Shown: positions 48,195 to 59,335, numbered from the stretch's first letter. The stretch is DNA of 64,000 nt from an uncultured Anaerolineales bacterium (GCA_964474655.1 CAYYTU010000008.1:10732-74731), one strand, 5' to 3'. Program-made: numbers and translations. Notes: generated from the sequence alone by a model not told the origin.

Positions 48195-50031
48195 CCGGGA
48201 TGGCGACGTAGAACGTGGATCCAGGGGTCTCCGGGCCGGTCTCAAATGTGGATGAGGGGCTTTCTGCCCAGATGTGGCCTTTGTGCGCCTGGAGGATGTG
48301 TTTGGCGATGGCGAGCCCCAACCCGGTGCCGCCGCCGCTGCGGGCCCGGTCGGCCTTGTAGAAGCGCTCGAAGATGCGGGGGAGATCCTCTGGCGGGATG
48401 CCCACGCCGGTATCCGCTACAGTGATCACCGCCCAGGTGCCGGGCGGGAGCGTTTCGGGTTGCAGCTGCCACGTTTCCGGCTGAACGGTCCCGTCGTCCG
48501 CGACGCGGACTTTGGAGGCGGAAACCTCAACCTGGCCCCCAACAGGCGTGAACTTTATGGCGTTATGGACCAGGTTGGTCACGACCTGCTGAGCCCGTTC
48601 GGCGTCAGCCAGGATGAGCGGCAGGCCGGGCGGCACGTCTGCGATCAGGTGCAGATCGGCCCGTTCCGCCTGGGGCCGCAGCCGCTCAACCGCCGGGATC
48701 ACAACCTCGGCCACGGTCACCGGCCCCAGCCGAATCGGCGCCCGCCCCGACTCGATGCGGGAAAGCTCGAGCAGCTCGTGGACCATCTGCGTCAGCGCGT
48801 CGACCTCCACCTCCATACGGTCGAGGAAGCGCTGGGCAGCTGGCGGGTCATCCAGGGCGCCGTCGCGCAGCGTATCCACCAGCGCCTTCAGCGAGGCCAT
48901 CGGCGTGCGCAGCTCGTGAGAGATGTTGCTGATGAAATCCCGCCGCACCGTTTCCAGGCGTCGCACGCGCGTCAGGTCTTGTAGGATGATCAGGCAATCT
49001 TGAGATTCGCTACCATTGAGCGGCGTGACCACGACCTGGAAGAACGCATCACGTCGGTCCATCTCTATCGGTTCGATTTGTTCCTCGCGCTTCCTGTAAC
49101 ACCGCCGCCACAGTTCGATAATGCGATGATCGCGCGTCACCTGGGCGAAGGAGCGTCCCATTGCTTGTTCCTCGTCGGTGTCCAGGAGCCGTGCAGCGGC
49201 GGGATTGATCAAGCGCACCAGGCCCCGTGCATCGGTGATCAGTACCCCATCGGCCATATTCTCCATCACGGCGGCCAGACGACTACGCTCTTCTCCCAGC
49301 GAGTCGATGGTGCCCTGGAGCTGGCTTGCCATCTGGTTGAAGGCTTGAGCGAGCTCTCCAATTTCGTCCTGAGTGGAGGCTATGAGACGGGCGTTTAGAT
49401 CCCCGGTGGTCATCCGGCGCACGACGTTGGTCAGCTGGCGGATGGGTCGGGCGATGCGCTCGGCCAGGAAGATAGCCAGGATGGTTGCGCCTCCGGCCGC
49501 AAAGAGGGCGACCAGCAGGATCACGCGGCGCAGACGGGTCACATTGGCCTCCACCTGGCGCAGCGGCAGCGCCACGCGCACGAAACCGCGCAGTTGATCC
49601 TCTCTTCGCACCGGGACGGCTGCGTACATCATCTCGTAGCCCACCGTCCGACTCATCCGCATGCTGATGCCCCGCTCGTCCTCCAGCGCCCGCTGCGCCT
49701 CCGGGCGGCGCAGGTGGTTGTCCATTTGGGCTCGATCGGCGTGTGATTCGCCCAGCACGACTCCATCGGCGTCGATGAACGTGATCCGCGCGTCGAGCAG
49801 ATCAGCGTAATGGTGGGCCCAAATGTTGAACTCGCCATCGGGTTCATCCCACGCCTCGGCCGTCAGGACCGCGTCGGCGATCAGCTCGGCCTCAGCCGTC
49901 AGTTTGGCCTCCAGATCGTTGAGATAGGAATCGCGCACTAGGCCGGATAGATAGACGGCCAGCCCCACCATCGTCAGCAGGATGAGCACGATGTAGGGGG
50001 CGGCGATGCGCCAGCGGATGGATTGGAACAT
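48178..50031 (-). CDS. phoR: PhoR-like sensor histidine kinase (HAMP-PAS-HisKA-HATPase)
   Basis: RRDFISNISHELRTP, NLVHNAIKFT, RIFERFYKADRARSGGGTGLGLAIAKH; lies between a phoB-like gene and pstS. Confidence 0.85.
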   Translation of the reverse strand: MFQSIRWRIAAPYIVLILLTMVGLAVYLSGLVRDSYLNDLEAKLTAEAELIADAVLTAEAWDEPDGEFNIWAHHYADLLDARITFIDADGVVLGESHADRAQMDNHLRRPEAQRALEDERGISMRMSRTVGYEMMYAAVPVRREDQLRGFVRVALPLRQVEANVTRLRRVILLVALFAAGGATILAIFLAERIARPIRQLTNVVRRMTTGDLNARLIASTQDEIGELAQAFNQMASQLQGTIDSLGEERSRLAAVMENMADGVLITDARGLVRLINPAAARLLDTDEEQAMGRSFAQVTRDHRIIELWRRCYRKREEQIEPIEMDRRDAFFQVVVTPLNGSESQDCLIILQDLTRVRRLETVRRDFISNISHELRTPMASLKALVDTLRDGALDDPPAAQRFLDRMEVEVDALTQMVHELLELSRIESGRAPIRLGPVTVAEVVIPAVERLRPQAERADLHLIADVPPGLPLILADAERAQQVVTNLVHNAIKFTPVGGQVEVSASKVRVADDGTVQPETWQLQPETLPPGTWAVITVADTGVGIPPEDLPRIFERFYKADRARSGGGTGLGLAIAKHILQAHKGHIWAESPSSTFETGPETPGSTFYVAIPALTPS

Positions 50032-50047
50032 TTATCTACTTTGCCTT

Positions 50048-50758
50048 TCAGCCTTCAAACCGGTATCCCACGCCGCGCACGGTCACGATGCGCGTGGGAT
50101 GTTTCGGATCAGGCTCAATCTTCTCCCGTAGCCAATGGATGTGGACGTCAACCGTTCGGCTGCCGCCGCCGTAGTCCCAGCCCCACACCCGCTCCAGGAT
50201 CAGGTCCCGTGAGAGGACCAGCTCGCGATTCCGGGCCAGGAAGACCAGCAGCTCATACTCGCGGGGCTTCAGGGGCAAGGGGGTTCCTTCTATCTTTACC
50301 TCGCGCCGGGCCAGGTCGATGAGTAAGTCATCGAAGACCAATCGCTTAGCCTTGGTCGGGATGTCGTCCTCTCCAGAGAGATCCTCCCGAATCAGCCGCT
50401 CGCGTCGCAACAGGGCCTTGACTCGCGCCATCAGCTCGCGCATACTGAAGGGCTTGGTCATGTAATCATCGGCTCCGACCTCGAGGCCCACGATTTTGTC
50501 CACCTCCTCGTCACGAGCGGTCAGCATCAAGATCGGCACGCTCATCTCCTGGCGCAACACCCGGCAGACTTCAATGCCATCGATGCCGGGCAGCATAATG
50601 TCCAGTAGAATCACGTCCGGGCGCTCCTGCCGGGCGAGATCCAGCGCCGTCCGGCCATCCGTCGCGGTGAGCACCTCGTAGTCCTGACGCGCCAGGTTGT
50701 ACTCCAGGGTCTCCAGAAGGGTCGGCTCGTCCTCTACCACCAATACTTTTTGGGTCAT
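50048..50758 (-). CDS. phoB: PhoB/PhoP-like OmpR family response regulator
   Basis: [38 protein letters not shown]; adjacent to phoR. Confidence 0.8.
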   Translation of the reverse strand: MTQKVLVVEDEPTLLETLEYNLARQDYEVLTATDGRTALDLARQERPDVILLDIMLPGIDGIEVCRVLRQEMSVPILMLTARDEEVDKIVGLEVGADDYMTKPFSMRELMARVKALLRRERLIREDLSGEDDIPTKAKRLVFDDLLIDLARREVKIEGTPLPLKPREYELLVFLARNRELVLSRDLILERVWGWDYGGGSRTVDVHIHWLREKIEPDPKHPTRIVTVRGVGYRFEG

Positions 50759-50823
50759 CGTTTTTCGTTCTTTCCGTTAGTTGATATGTGTTAAATGTCG
50801 GGCGGCCCCGGGTTATCAGCACG

Positions 50824-53800
50824 CTAATCGGCCATCGGTAGCCAGACGGTGAAGGTACTGCCTTCCTCTGCCGTGCTTTCCACCGTCACAAACCCGCCGT
50901 GGAGCTCCACAATCTCCTTCACGATTGAGAGCCCCAATCCGGTGCCGGAGATCTGCATCGCACGCGGGTTTTCTCCACGGAAGAAGCGCTCGAAGACGTG
51001 AGGTAGTTCTTCCTCTGGGATGCCGATGCCGGTGTCTTTTACCGTCACCGTAGCCCAGCGTCGCCCCTCGGCTTTCTGCTCGCCGGTGGATACGATCACG
51101 TGTCCACCTTTCGGCGTATAGCGCAAAGCATTGATTACCAGATTGTTCAGTACCTGTCCCATTCTGCGCGGATCGACCAGGGCGCGGGGGCTGGGGTGGC
51201 TGGGCCGATGTAGCAGCCGTACCTTCCGTTCATCGGCCAGCACGCGATGGTTGGCGAGGGCTACCTGGGTCAACTCGTTAAGCGGCATCGGCTGGGGCGA
51301 GAGCTCAATGCGCCCGGCGTCGACGCGCGATATCTCCAGGATGCCTTCCACCAGATCAGTCAAGCGTTGCGCATCCTGCGCCAGCGGGGCCAGGTGGTTT
51401 CGCCACTTTTCTGGCTGGCGTTCCATCATCTCGACCAACAAGTTGATGGTTGTGATCGGAGTGCGCAACTCGTGGGAGATATTGGTGATAAAGCGGCTCT
51501 TCATCCGATCCAGGGCCCGCAAATGGCTGACGTCGTGGATCATCACCACTGCAGCCGCATCATCACTTTCCATAGAGATGGGCGCTGCGCTCAGCTCCAG
51601 GTCCAGGCCCTTCAGCTCCAGGAGGTTCACGGGTTCCTCCTCGGCCCGGATGGCCGCGTTACGGATGGCCTGCTGGAGCCGCTTCGCCTCCTCCGGGGAG
51701 AGGGTTTGCTTCAGCCAGCGGCGGGTAATTGGATTGGCCTGGAGTGTACGGCCCTGGGCGTCGGCGACGACGATGCCATCAGCCGAGCTATCCAGGATTG
51801 CCTCCAGGCGGGCATATTGGGCCTGCAGCTGGGCGGTCCTTTCCGCCACGCGCTTCTCCAACTCGTCGGCATAACCGCGCAGCTCCTGATAGAGCTGTGC
51901 GTTCTCAATGGCCGTGGCGGCGTGACGCGCGAAAGCCTCCAGCCGGGGAAGATCCTCCAGCGTGAACTGCTCGGGGCGGGTGCTGTTGACGTTCAGGAAG
52001 CCCACCGTCACACCGCCCACCTGAATGGGAGCCCCCACATAGGAACGCCACAGCTCTCGCTCGGTCTCGTGGACCCAATCCGGAGAAAAGGCAGTATCCT
52101 CCACCAGCATGGGCGCTTTACATTGGGCCATCTCGGCCATCTTGGGAAAATCGTCGATGTGGACCGAATACTCCTCGGCTTGCCCGTTCCGGCCAATGGC
52201 TGAATAGCCACGGTGGCGAACGATGCGGGCCTCTTTGCCTTTGACCAACATAATGTTGCAAGCATCGCCCCCGACGACCTGCCCTACCTGCGTCAGGATG
52301 CGGTCCAGCACCTGCTCCAGATCGAGGGTACTGTTGACGGCTGCGGCGGCCTCTTCCAGCGCCTTGGCCAGGGCGCGTTGTTCTTGCTCTGCTGCGAAGA
52401 GGCGGGCGTTTTCGACCGCGATGGCCGCTTGAGCTGCGAAAGCCTCGGCTAGCCGGGCGTGCTTCGGGGTGTAAAAGCCGCGTTCGTGCTTATCGAGCGC
52501 GATCATCCCCACCGGCCGCTCACCCACCAACATCGGTACCCCCAGCCAGGAATGGATGTCGGCCTGGGCGTGCGGGTCGCGTTGGAATTCGGCGTACTTC
52601 GTCGGCGCATCCTCCAGGATGAGAGGTCCACGCTGGTGAATCACTTCCCGATTGGGGTTGTCGCCATTCGTCAAGGAGAAGGTCAGACCTACAATCTCCG
52701 ATAGATTGGGGAAGCCGCGGCCCCCCACGATCTCCAGCTCGTTCTCTCGCAGCAACATCACCGAGGCGGTGTCGTAGGGTACCACCTGCTGCAGCTGGGC
52801 CAGGATGCGTGCGACGACCTCGTCGCGTTCCAGAGCTGTGGTCAGGGCCAGGGCCGCCCGGCGCAGCGTCTCCGCTTCCTGGCGCTGTGCTTGTTCCGTC
52901 TTGTAGAGGCGGGCGTTGCGCAGCGCGATGGCCGCCTGGGTGGCGAAGAGGCTTAAAATCTCGGCGTCCTGCTGGGAGAACGTGTGCGGCGGGTCGGCCA
53001 TCACCTCCAGCACTCCCAGGAATTCCTCTCCCCAGCGGACGGGCACGCCGATATCAGCGAAGTGGCCCATATGTTCGCTCCATACCTCGGCCTGATCATC
53101 CCATCTCGCGTAGTTCTCAATGATGATTGGCTGACCGGATTCCCAGACTTTGCCGGCCATCCCCTCTCCGCGTTCTAGGGTGGTATCTTCGGGGAGCTGC
53201 TCAAACCCGGCGTGGATGGCGAAATCCAGTGTATTCTGCTTGGGTTGGTAGACGTTGAGCCCGCCGGCGTTGCCTCCCACCAGATTGATGGCCCGTTTGA
53301 CAATTGATCGGAGTAGTTCGTCCAGGTTGAGCTGCGCGGTCAGGGCCAGTCCTACTTCGTGTAACGCTTCCATCTGGGCCGTCTGACGGCGGGCTTCCTC
53401 GTACAACCGGGCGTTCTCGATCGCCGTGGCAATATGATTGGCCAAAGCATCCATCGCCATCACATCGTGCTCATCGAAGGCGTGCAACTCCCGGCTCTGG
53501 ATATTCAACACGCCGATGATCTTATCGTGGTACTCCAGCGGTAGATCCAGCTCTGATTGGGTATCAGGCAAGTAGACCGGGATGTAATGAGGGTTCTGGT
53601 CGATGTCGTTGGCCAACTGGATTTCGCCGGTGTAGGCTGCCCACCCGACCATGCCCTCTTTCAAATCCTGCTGGAAATTGGGCGGGACTTGAGATCCGTA
53701 ATTCCCGGCCTTCACCGCCAGGGACAGCTTGCCGGTCGCCTCGTCCAGCAGCATGATGCTCACGTGGTAGTAGTGGAAGGTCTCACTGATCTGCTCCACG

Positions 53801-55545
53801 GTCTCGCGTAGTAGTTCGTCGAGCGAGAGGATGGAGGTGATCCGTTCCGCGACTTCGGCTACGGCCACCAGCTGGGAGGTGCGTTTGTGTGCCTCGTCGA
53901 ACAGCTGGGCGTTGTGGATAGCGATGGAGGCCTGTCCGGCGAAGAGGTTTGTCAGCCAGAGATCCTGATCGGTAAAACGCCCCTCCGGCGACATAGCGTC
54001 GAACCCGAGCGTACCGATGACTTGATCGCCGTGTTTGAGTGGCACGCCCAGCGAGGCGATCAGGTTCTCGTTCTCCCAGGATGGCGAGCGTCCCTCCCAC
54101 TGGCTGTAGTCGTCCACCATCAGGGGCTCGCCCTGTTGCCAGACCTGGCCGGCCACGCCTTCCCCCGGAGCTAGCCGAGTACCGGTGTGATCCCTGCGGT
54201 AGCCACGGTTGACGATCTGCTTGAGCTCATTATGGACTTCGTCGACGAGGTAGAGGCAGCCGCCCTGGACCTCCAACAATCGACATCCGCGCTCGACGAT
54301 TTCCTCCAGCAGATCGTCGATCTCGAGCTGGCTCATAATTGCCAGGGCGATCTCCTGCAAGGCTTCCAGCTGAGCCGTCCGCTGCCACAACATCCTCTCC
54401 GTGCGCTTCTGTTTGGTGATGTCTATGATGGAGACCAGCACCCGCGAAAGCGTCTCTTCGCAGCCCGAGGCCACCTGCCAGGTCATAGAGAAGTGAAGAC
54501 GATTATCCTTGTAGGTCTGGGTCGGCGCTTCGGCTTCCAGCCGTGTCTTGCCCTCGCCGATGGCGATCAGCTCTTCGCGGAAGATGGGATAAACCCGATC
54601 GCTCATGATCCTGTCCAGGCTGCCCAGAAGATCCCGCTTGCTCGAGACCTCATACATCGTCAGCGTGGCTTGATTGACGTCTACTACCTGCGCCAGTGAG
54701 GCGCAATGCTCGACGGCCTCGGGGTTCTCCTCGAAGTAGCGCCGAAAGTTGTCAACCCCCGATTCGCGCAGCTGGTCGATGTAGGCTTTCACATCGGAGA
54801 AATCCTCCTCCCACACGGAGATCGGCGAATCTTCAAACAGGCCGCGGTAGCGTTTCTCGCTCGCCCGCACAGCCTCTTCAGCTTGTTTGCGCTTGGTGAT
54901 ATCCTCAAGGGTGCCGTCGAAATACTGGACGGTCCCCTCATCATCGCACACCACCCGCGCCGTGACAGAGGTCCAGATGGGAGTGCCATCGCGCCTCTTC
55001 AGCTGGAGTTCGATCCCCGTCACGCTGCCCTGGTCCAGCAACGTGTTCGAGAATTCCGCCCGCTCGCTCGGATGGACGTAAACGTCGGCCACGTCGACGG
55101 AATTCAGCGCCTCCTGCGAGTCGAAGCCCAGCAGCTCACAGAAGGCCGAATTCGCCATCAGGAACTTGCCGCGTGGGCCTGGGGTGTTGCGGTAGACGCC
55201 GATGGGGATATTCTCGATCAGGGTGCGATAGCGCTGCTCGCTTTCGCGTAGAGCCTTTTGGGAACGCTCAATGGAGCGGAATAGCGGGGCTACTCTTGCG
55301 ACCCCGAACGCCATCAGGCCGGAGATGAGGAGTCCGATCAGCTCGGGTATCGGGCTTAGCGGCTCAGGGGCGGTTCCAGTCAGTGCGCCGCCTAGCGCCA
55401 CGGCGTGGCGGACGACCATCAGAACGATGACGCTGGCTAATAGGATCCAGGCTGGACGTGATTTGGTGCTCCAGATCGATCGCAGGGCCGATACTGCTGC
55501 TATGAGCTGGAGTAGAATGGACAGGATCAAGATATATACGATCAT
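50824..55545 (-). CDS. Large multi-sensor histidine kinase (TM, 2 PAS, 5 GAF, PAS, HisKA, HATPase)
   Basis: Five A(I/V)xNAxL GAF ends, PAS/PAC repeats, ISHELRTP, NLVINALRYT, GTGLGLSI. Confidence 0.93.
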   Translation of the reverse strand: MIVYILILSILLQLIAAVSALRSIWSTKSRPAWILLASVIVLMVVRHAVALGGALTGTAPEPLSPIPELIGLLISGLMAFGVARVAPLFRSIERSQKALRESEQRYRTLIENIPIGVYRNTPGPRGKFLMANSAFCELLGFDSQEALNSVDVADVYVHPSERAEFSNTLLDQGSVTGIELQLKRRDGTPIWTSVTARVVCDDEGTVQYFDGTLEDITKRKQAEEAVRASEKRYRGLFEDSPISVWEEDFSDVKAYIDQLRESGVDNFRRYFEENPEAVEHCASLAQVVDVNQATLTMYEVSSKRDLLGSLDRIMSDRVYPIFREELIAIGEGKTRLEAEAPTQTYKDNRLHFSMTWQVASGCEETLSRVLVSIIDITKQKRTERMLWQRTAQLEALQEIALAIMSQLEIDDLLEEIVERGCRLLEVQGGCLYLVDEVHNELKQIVNRGYRRDHTGTRLAPGEGVAGQVWQQGEPLMVDDYSQWEGRSPSWENENLIASLGVPLKHGDQVIGTLGFDAMSPEGRFTDQDLWLTNLFAGQASIAIHNAQLFDEAHKRTSQLVAVAEVAERITSILSLDELLRETVEQISETFHYYHVSIMLLDEATGKLSLAVKAGNYGSQVPPNFQQDLKEGMVGWAAYTGEIQLANDIDQNPHYIPVYLPDTQSELDLPLEYHDKIIGVLNIQSRELHAFDEHDVMAMDALANHIATAIENARLYEEARRQTAQMEALHEVGLALTAQLNLDELLRSIVKRAINLVGGNAGGLNVYQPKQNTLDFAIHAGFEQLPEDTTLERGEGMAGKVWESGQPIIIENYARWDDQAEVWSEHMGHFADIGVPVRWGEEFLGVLEVMADPPHTFSQQDAEILSLFATQAAIALRNARLYKTEQAQRQEAETLRRAALALTTALERDEVVARILAQLQQVVPYDTASVMLLRENELEIVGGRGFPNLSEIVGLTFSLTNGDNPNREVIHQRGPLILEDAPTKYAEFQRDPHAQADIHSWLGVPMLVGERPVGMIALDKHERGFYTPKHARLAEAFAAQAAIAVENARLFAAEQEQRALAKALEEAAAAVNSTLDLEQVLDRILTQVGQVVGGDACNIMLVKGKEARIVRHRGYSAIGRNGQAEEYSVHIDDFPKMAEMAQCKAPMLVEDTAFSPDWVHETERELWRSYVGAPIQVGGVTVGFLNVNSTRPEQFTLEDLPRLEAFARHAATAIENAQLYQELRGYADELEKRVAERTAQLQAQYARLEAILDSSADGIVVADAQGRTLQANPITRRWLKQTLSPEEAKRLQQAIRNAAIRAEEEPVNLLELKGLDLELSAAPISMESDDAAAVVMIHDVSHLRALDRMKSRFITNISHELRTPITTINLLVEMMERQPEKWRNHLAPLAQDAQRLTDLVEGILEISRVDAGRIELSPQPMPLNELTQVALANHRVLADERKVRLLHRPSHPSPRALVDPRRMGQVLNNLVINALRYTPKGGHVIVSTGEQKAEGRRWATVTVKDTGIGIPEEELPHVFERFFRGENPRAMQISGTGLGLSIVKEIVELHGGFVTVESTAEEGSTFTVWLPMAD

Positions 55546-55591
55546 AGGCCGTTTCTTCCGAGGTAGCGAGCGAGACGTTTGAGGAAGTTCG

Positions 55592-56287
55592 TCATGCCTC
55601 GTTTGAGATATGGCGTCTCCATACCCAGCCCAACGCGCTCACGGCGAGGGCCTCCGCTGTCAACAGGCCCACAATCGTCGCTGCCACGTCGATCCAGAAG
55701 CGGATGGGGAACAGGCGGATTAAGGTATCCGAGTTGGGGAAGATCCACGTGTCGCCTTCGAAGAAGATGCGGTGAAACGTAGTGAAAAACGTGTTCCATC
55801 TCAGTACCATAAACGCGCCGAGGGTGATCAGCAAAATCAACGTCAATCTTCCCCCGTTCAACATCGCGGACGCGATGGATGAAGCGGGGTTGTTGTCCGT
55901 TTTTGTGACGGTGAGGGCCGCCACACCGCCAAGCCAGATCAGCGCGGCGACGAGGCCCGCTATCGTGATCCCTCGATAGACGGCCTGCACGTCGGCCATG
56001 TGGCGCAGCTCACGGGCGTTGAAGGCCGGTTCGCCACTGGCGAGGCGCAGATCGGCCAGCAGCGAAATGTCCGCGTTGCGCGCCAGGTAGTCGTCACAGG
56101 CCTCGGCCAGACGGATGCGCTCCGCCGTCGACATACCGTAGGGGTCAGGGGGAAAGCCCGGTCTCTGATACTCCCAGCGCACAAACCAATGTCCAGTCAC
56201 AATGCGCAGGTTGACCGCGACCAGGAGCACGGGGAGGGCGAGCACCAACGCCCACTGGATAAGATTAAGCTCTATCTTCCGTTTCAC
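55592..56287 (-). CDS. TIGR01906/DUF1461-like integral membrane protein
   Basis: FNARELRHMADV, FFTTFHRIFF, DTLIRLFP. Confidence 0.85.
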   Translation of the reverse strand: MKRKIELNLIQWALVLALPVLLVAVNLRIVTGHWFVRWEYQRPGFPPDPYGMSTAERIRLAEACDDYLARNADISLLADLRLASGEPAFNARELRHMADVQAVYRGITIAGLVAALIWLGGVAALTVTKTDNNPASSIASAMLNGGRLTLILLITLGAFMVLRWNTFFTTFHRIFFEGDTWIFPNSDTLIRLFPIRFWIDVAATIVGLLTAEALAVSALGWVWRRHISNEA

Positions 56288-56314
56288 TTTTTCCTTTCCC
56301 TCTTCTTTCTTACC

Positions 56315-57871
56315 TCATCGTTTCACCAGAAAGTCGAAGAGCAGCGCGTTGGTCATCAGCTCGATGGAGGCGCGGTCGTCGGTGAAGACGACGTCAGCCG
56401 CCGGTGTGGGCCGCAGATTGCTCAAGGCACTCAACGTGGTCTCGAACAAGAACGCGTCGCCGCCCAACGCGGCTACGTTGGCCGCCAGGTTGCGGGGCTG
56501 GGTGGGCTGCACGGTGGCGACGACGACGGCGTTGAAGCTCGCTGGCACGTCGATGACGTGGACCGTGGGGAAGACCTCCAACAGAGTGGCCTTCATCGCA
56601 CGGACCAGCCGGTAGTCGTCCGGCGTGTGGCCCACGTTGATCACTACGACGCCGTCGGTAGTGAGGCGGTCGTGAGCTTCCTGGAAGAACTCGACCGTGG
56701 TCAGGTGGGGCGGGATGTAAGGCAGGCGGTAAGCATCCACGCCGATAACGGTGTAGCGGTGCTCGGTGCGGCCAAGAAAGGCCCGTCCATCGGCTACGAT
56801 CACGTCGAGGTTGGGCTGGGTCATATCGAAGTACTCCCGCCCGACGCGCACGATCTCTGGATCGATCTCCACGCCGTCGATGGGCAGCGGCCCGTAGACC
56901 TGCGTGTACTGGTGCGCCATCGTGCCGGCGGCTAGCCCGATCAGTGCCACCCGTTCGACGCGCTCCGGCTCGTAGGGCGGCGAGTTGAAATACGGTGCGA
57001 TCAGAAAATAGTCCCACGGCCCAGATGTCTCCAGCTGATTGGGACAATAGACCGAGTGAATGCCCCCGCCTTCGTTCAGCAGCAGGTGACGACATCCGTC
57101 CTCCTGCTCCACCACCTGGATGTAGTTGTAGGCCGATTCGGTCTCGTGGATGGCGTTGGGGGCTGCTTTGACCGGCTGACCGCGCATAAAGAGCGTCAGT
57201 AGAAGTACGAGAAGCGGCATCCAGGCGTAAGATAGCGCTCGGCGAGGGCGGCTGCGGGCCAGGCCCACCAGCGCTACCGCCAGCAACAGCAGCGAGAGGA
57301 GTACGAAGGTGTTGCGGGTGCCGATGGTCGGTACCAGCAGCAGATCGGGCAGGAAGGCGCCCAAGAAGCTGCCAGCGGTCGAGATGGCGTAGACGCGCCC
57401 GGCCGTCCGCCCGGAGCTGCTGACCTCCTCCACGGCCAGCCGGATGACGAAGGGCGAGATACAGCCCATCAGCGTCACCGGCGCGCTGAACAGGATCAGC
57501 ACCGCCGCGAACGAGCCGCCGACCAGCGCCAGGTTGAAGTTGGCGAACCCCGGAGAAGCCAGCGAAAGCACCGGCCGAGCGATGAAAGGCACCAGACCCA
57601 CAAATAACCCGGCCCAGGCCACGATCTGATAGAGCGTGACGCGGTGAGGAGAGTGGTCGGCCCAACGACCGCCGATGAAATAGCCGGCCGTCAAATAGAG
57701 CAAGATCAAACCGATGATGGTGGCCCAGACTAGATTGGCGGTTCCAAAGTGAGGGCGCAGTAGGCTGGAGGCGGCCATCTCCAGCGCAAGCGACGATACC
57801 CCCCCTACGAAAGCCGTGAGGTAGAGGTAGTTCCGAGTCTCAAGTTTCACGTCTTCTTTCGGATTATGCAT
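56315..57871 (-). CDS. Fused membrane / spermidine synthase-like SAM-dependent methyltransferase
   Basis: N-terminal TMs (GRVYAISTAGS), IGLAAGT, VEIDPEI, DGRAFL, VDAY, FTDD. Confidence 0.88.
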   Translation of the reverse strand: MHNPKEDVKLETRNYLYLTAFVGGVSSLALEMAASSLLRPHFGTANLVWATIIGLILLYLTAGYFIGGRWADHSPHRVTLYQIVAWAGLFVGLVPFIARPVLSLASPGFANFNLALVGGSFAAVLILFSAPVTLMGCISPFVIRLAVEEVSSSGRTAGRVYAISTAGSFLGAFLPDLLLVPTIGTRNTFVLLSLLLLAVALVGLARSRPRRALSYAWMPLLVLLLTLFMRGQPVKAAPNAIHETESAYNYIQVVEQEDGCRHLLLNEGGGIHSVYCPNQLETSGPWDYFLIAPYFNSPPYEPERVERVALIGLAAGTMAHQYTQVYGPLPIDGVEIDPEIVRVGREYFDMTQPNLDVIVADGRAFLGRTEHRYTVIGVDAYRLPYIPPHLTTVEFFQEAHDRLTTDGVVVINVGHTPDDYRLVRAMKATLLEVFPTVHVIDVPASFNAVVVATVQPTQPRNLAANVAALGGDAFLFETTLSALSNLRPTPAADVVFTDDRASIELMTNALLFDFLVKR

Positions 57872-57950
57872 AGGTTTGATTATACTCTCTTTGGGCTGTC
57901 GTACAACCCACGGCCCGTGAGGGAGAGAGGAGGTTGTCTGTTTCTATTGC

Positions 57951-57999
57951 TTGACGGAGGTAGTTTTAGGGTGTATATTATATGCAAGTTGATGCATAT
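57951..57999 (+). promoter_or_regulatory. sigma70 promoter with ArsR/SmtB-type operator palindrome
   Basis: TTGACG-N17-TATATT (57951-57979), directly followed by ATATGCA-N6-TGCATAT (57980-57999). Confidence 0.7.
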
Positions 58000-58011
58000 G
58001 AGGATTGGGTG

Positions 58012-58350
58012 ATGAGGGGAAGAGACTATATCTACGAGGACGCATCTAATTTGTTTCACTTGTTATCACATGAGCCGCGGCTACGTATCTTGGACGAGCT
58101 GCGGCGCGGTGAAGCTTGTGTCTGTCACCTCCAGTCTGTGCTTGATCGGCCTCAGGCTTACGTCTCGCAGCAGCTGCGGGTGCTACGAGAGGCCGGGGTG
58201 GTGGATGATAACAGGGATGGTGTTTTTGTCTACTATCACTTGATCGATCAGCGGGTGGAACGGCTTTTGGAGGAGGTCTTGGGCCCCGCGCGAGAGCGCA
58301 CAGTGTCGGAGACTTGTTCATGTCCTCATTGCAATTCTGAGTCCAGGTGA
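58012..58350 (+). CDS. ArsR/SmtB family metalloregulator
   Basis: LSHEPRLRIL, EACVCHL, QAYVSQQLRVLREAGVV, C-terminal CSCPHC. Start moved to ATG 58012 because ATG 57982 lies in the operator. Confidence 0.9.
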   Translation: MRGRDYIYEDASNLFHLLSHEPRLRILDELRRGEACVCHLQSVLDRPQAYVSQQLRVLREAGVVDDNRDGVFVYYHLIDQRVERLLEEVLGPARERTVSETCSCPHCNSESR

Positions 58351-58405
58351 GATTCAATCGTCATCGATTTTCGAACAGCCATTCGAGTTAACTTGAGGAA
58401 ATATC

Positions 58406-59335
58406 TTGCATCATCATTCAACAGCTGAGATAGAGAAACGCTTCGTCTTCTCGCTGGTGCTGACGGGGGTCATCTTTCTGGCCGAGCTGATCGGCGGCAT
58501 GCTGACGCGCAGTCTTTCACTCCTCTCCGATGCGGTGCACGTCTTTATGGATGCGTTCGCCCTGGGGTTGAGCTACGCTGCGATCCGGCTGGCGACGCTG
58601 CCCCCAGACGACCGCCATACCTACGGTTACCATCGCCTGCGCGTGTTGGCCGCCCTGGCGAACGGGGCCATGTTGCTGGTGGTCGCCTTCGAGATCTTCC
58701 GCGAGGCGATCAATCGCTTCTCTAACCCGGAACCGGTGCTGGCTGGCCCGATGCTGATCGTGGCCGTGATCGGCCTGGTGGTCAATCTGGTTGTGGCGCT
58801 GGTGCTGCGAGGACATGGTCACGATCACGATCTGACCGTCCAGAGCGCCTTCCTGCACGTGCTGGGGGACGCGTTGGCCTCGGTGGGCGTGATCGCCGCC
58901 GGCGTCGTCATTGCGCTGACGGGCTGGATGGTGATCGACCCGCTGGTCAGTGTGCTCATTGGCGTGATCATCCTGGTGGGATCGGGGAACGTGCTGCGGA
59001 AGTCGATCCACATCCTGGTCGAAGGCGTGCCGCGCGGCCAGACGACCAGCGAGGTGGCGGAAGCGATGCACGCGGTGCCGGGCGTCTCCGAGGTACACGA
59101 TCTCCACATTTGGACTGTGAGCCCCGGCTACATCTCGCTCAGCGCCCACGTGGTGCTGAACGATCAATCGCTCAGCGAGGCCCAGGGCATTATGGACGAT
59201 CTGAAAGCCGCGCTGGCCGAGCAGTTCGGCATCGAACATACGACCATCCAGTTCGAATGCCGAAGTTGTGCACAGGGTACGATTATCTGCCCGTACGAGG
59301 TGAACAGTTATGAAGAAAGCGAACATACCATCTGA
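58406..59335 (+). CDS. Cation diffusion facilitator (CzcD-like) transporter
   Basis: SLSLLSDAVHVFMD, TYGYHR, AFLHVLGDALAS, VHDLHIW, HTTIQFE. Confidence 0.95.
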   Translation: MHHHSTAEIEKRFVFSLVLTGVIFLAELIGGMLTRSLSLLSDAVHVFMDAFALGLSYAAIRLATLPPDDRHTYGYHRLRVLAALANGAMLLVVAFEIFREAINRFSNPEPVLAGPMLIVAVIGLVVNLVVALVLRGHGHDHDLTVQSAFLHVLGDALASVGVIAAGVVIALTGWMVIDPLVSVLIGVIILVGSGNVLRKSIHILVEGVPRGQTTSEVAEAMHAVPGVSEVHDLHIWTVSPGYISLSAHVVLNDQSLSEAQGIMDDLKAALAEQFGIEHTTIQFECRSCAQGTIICPYEVNSYEESEHTI

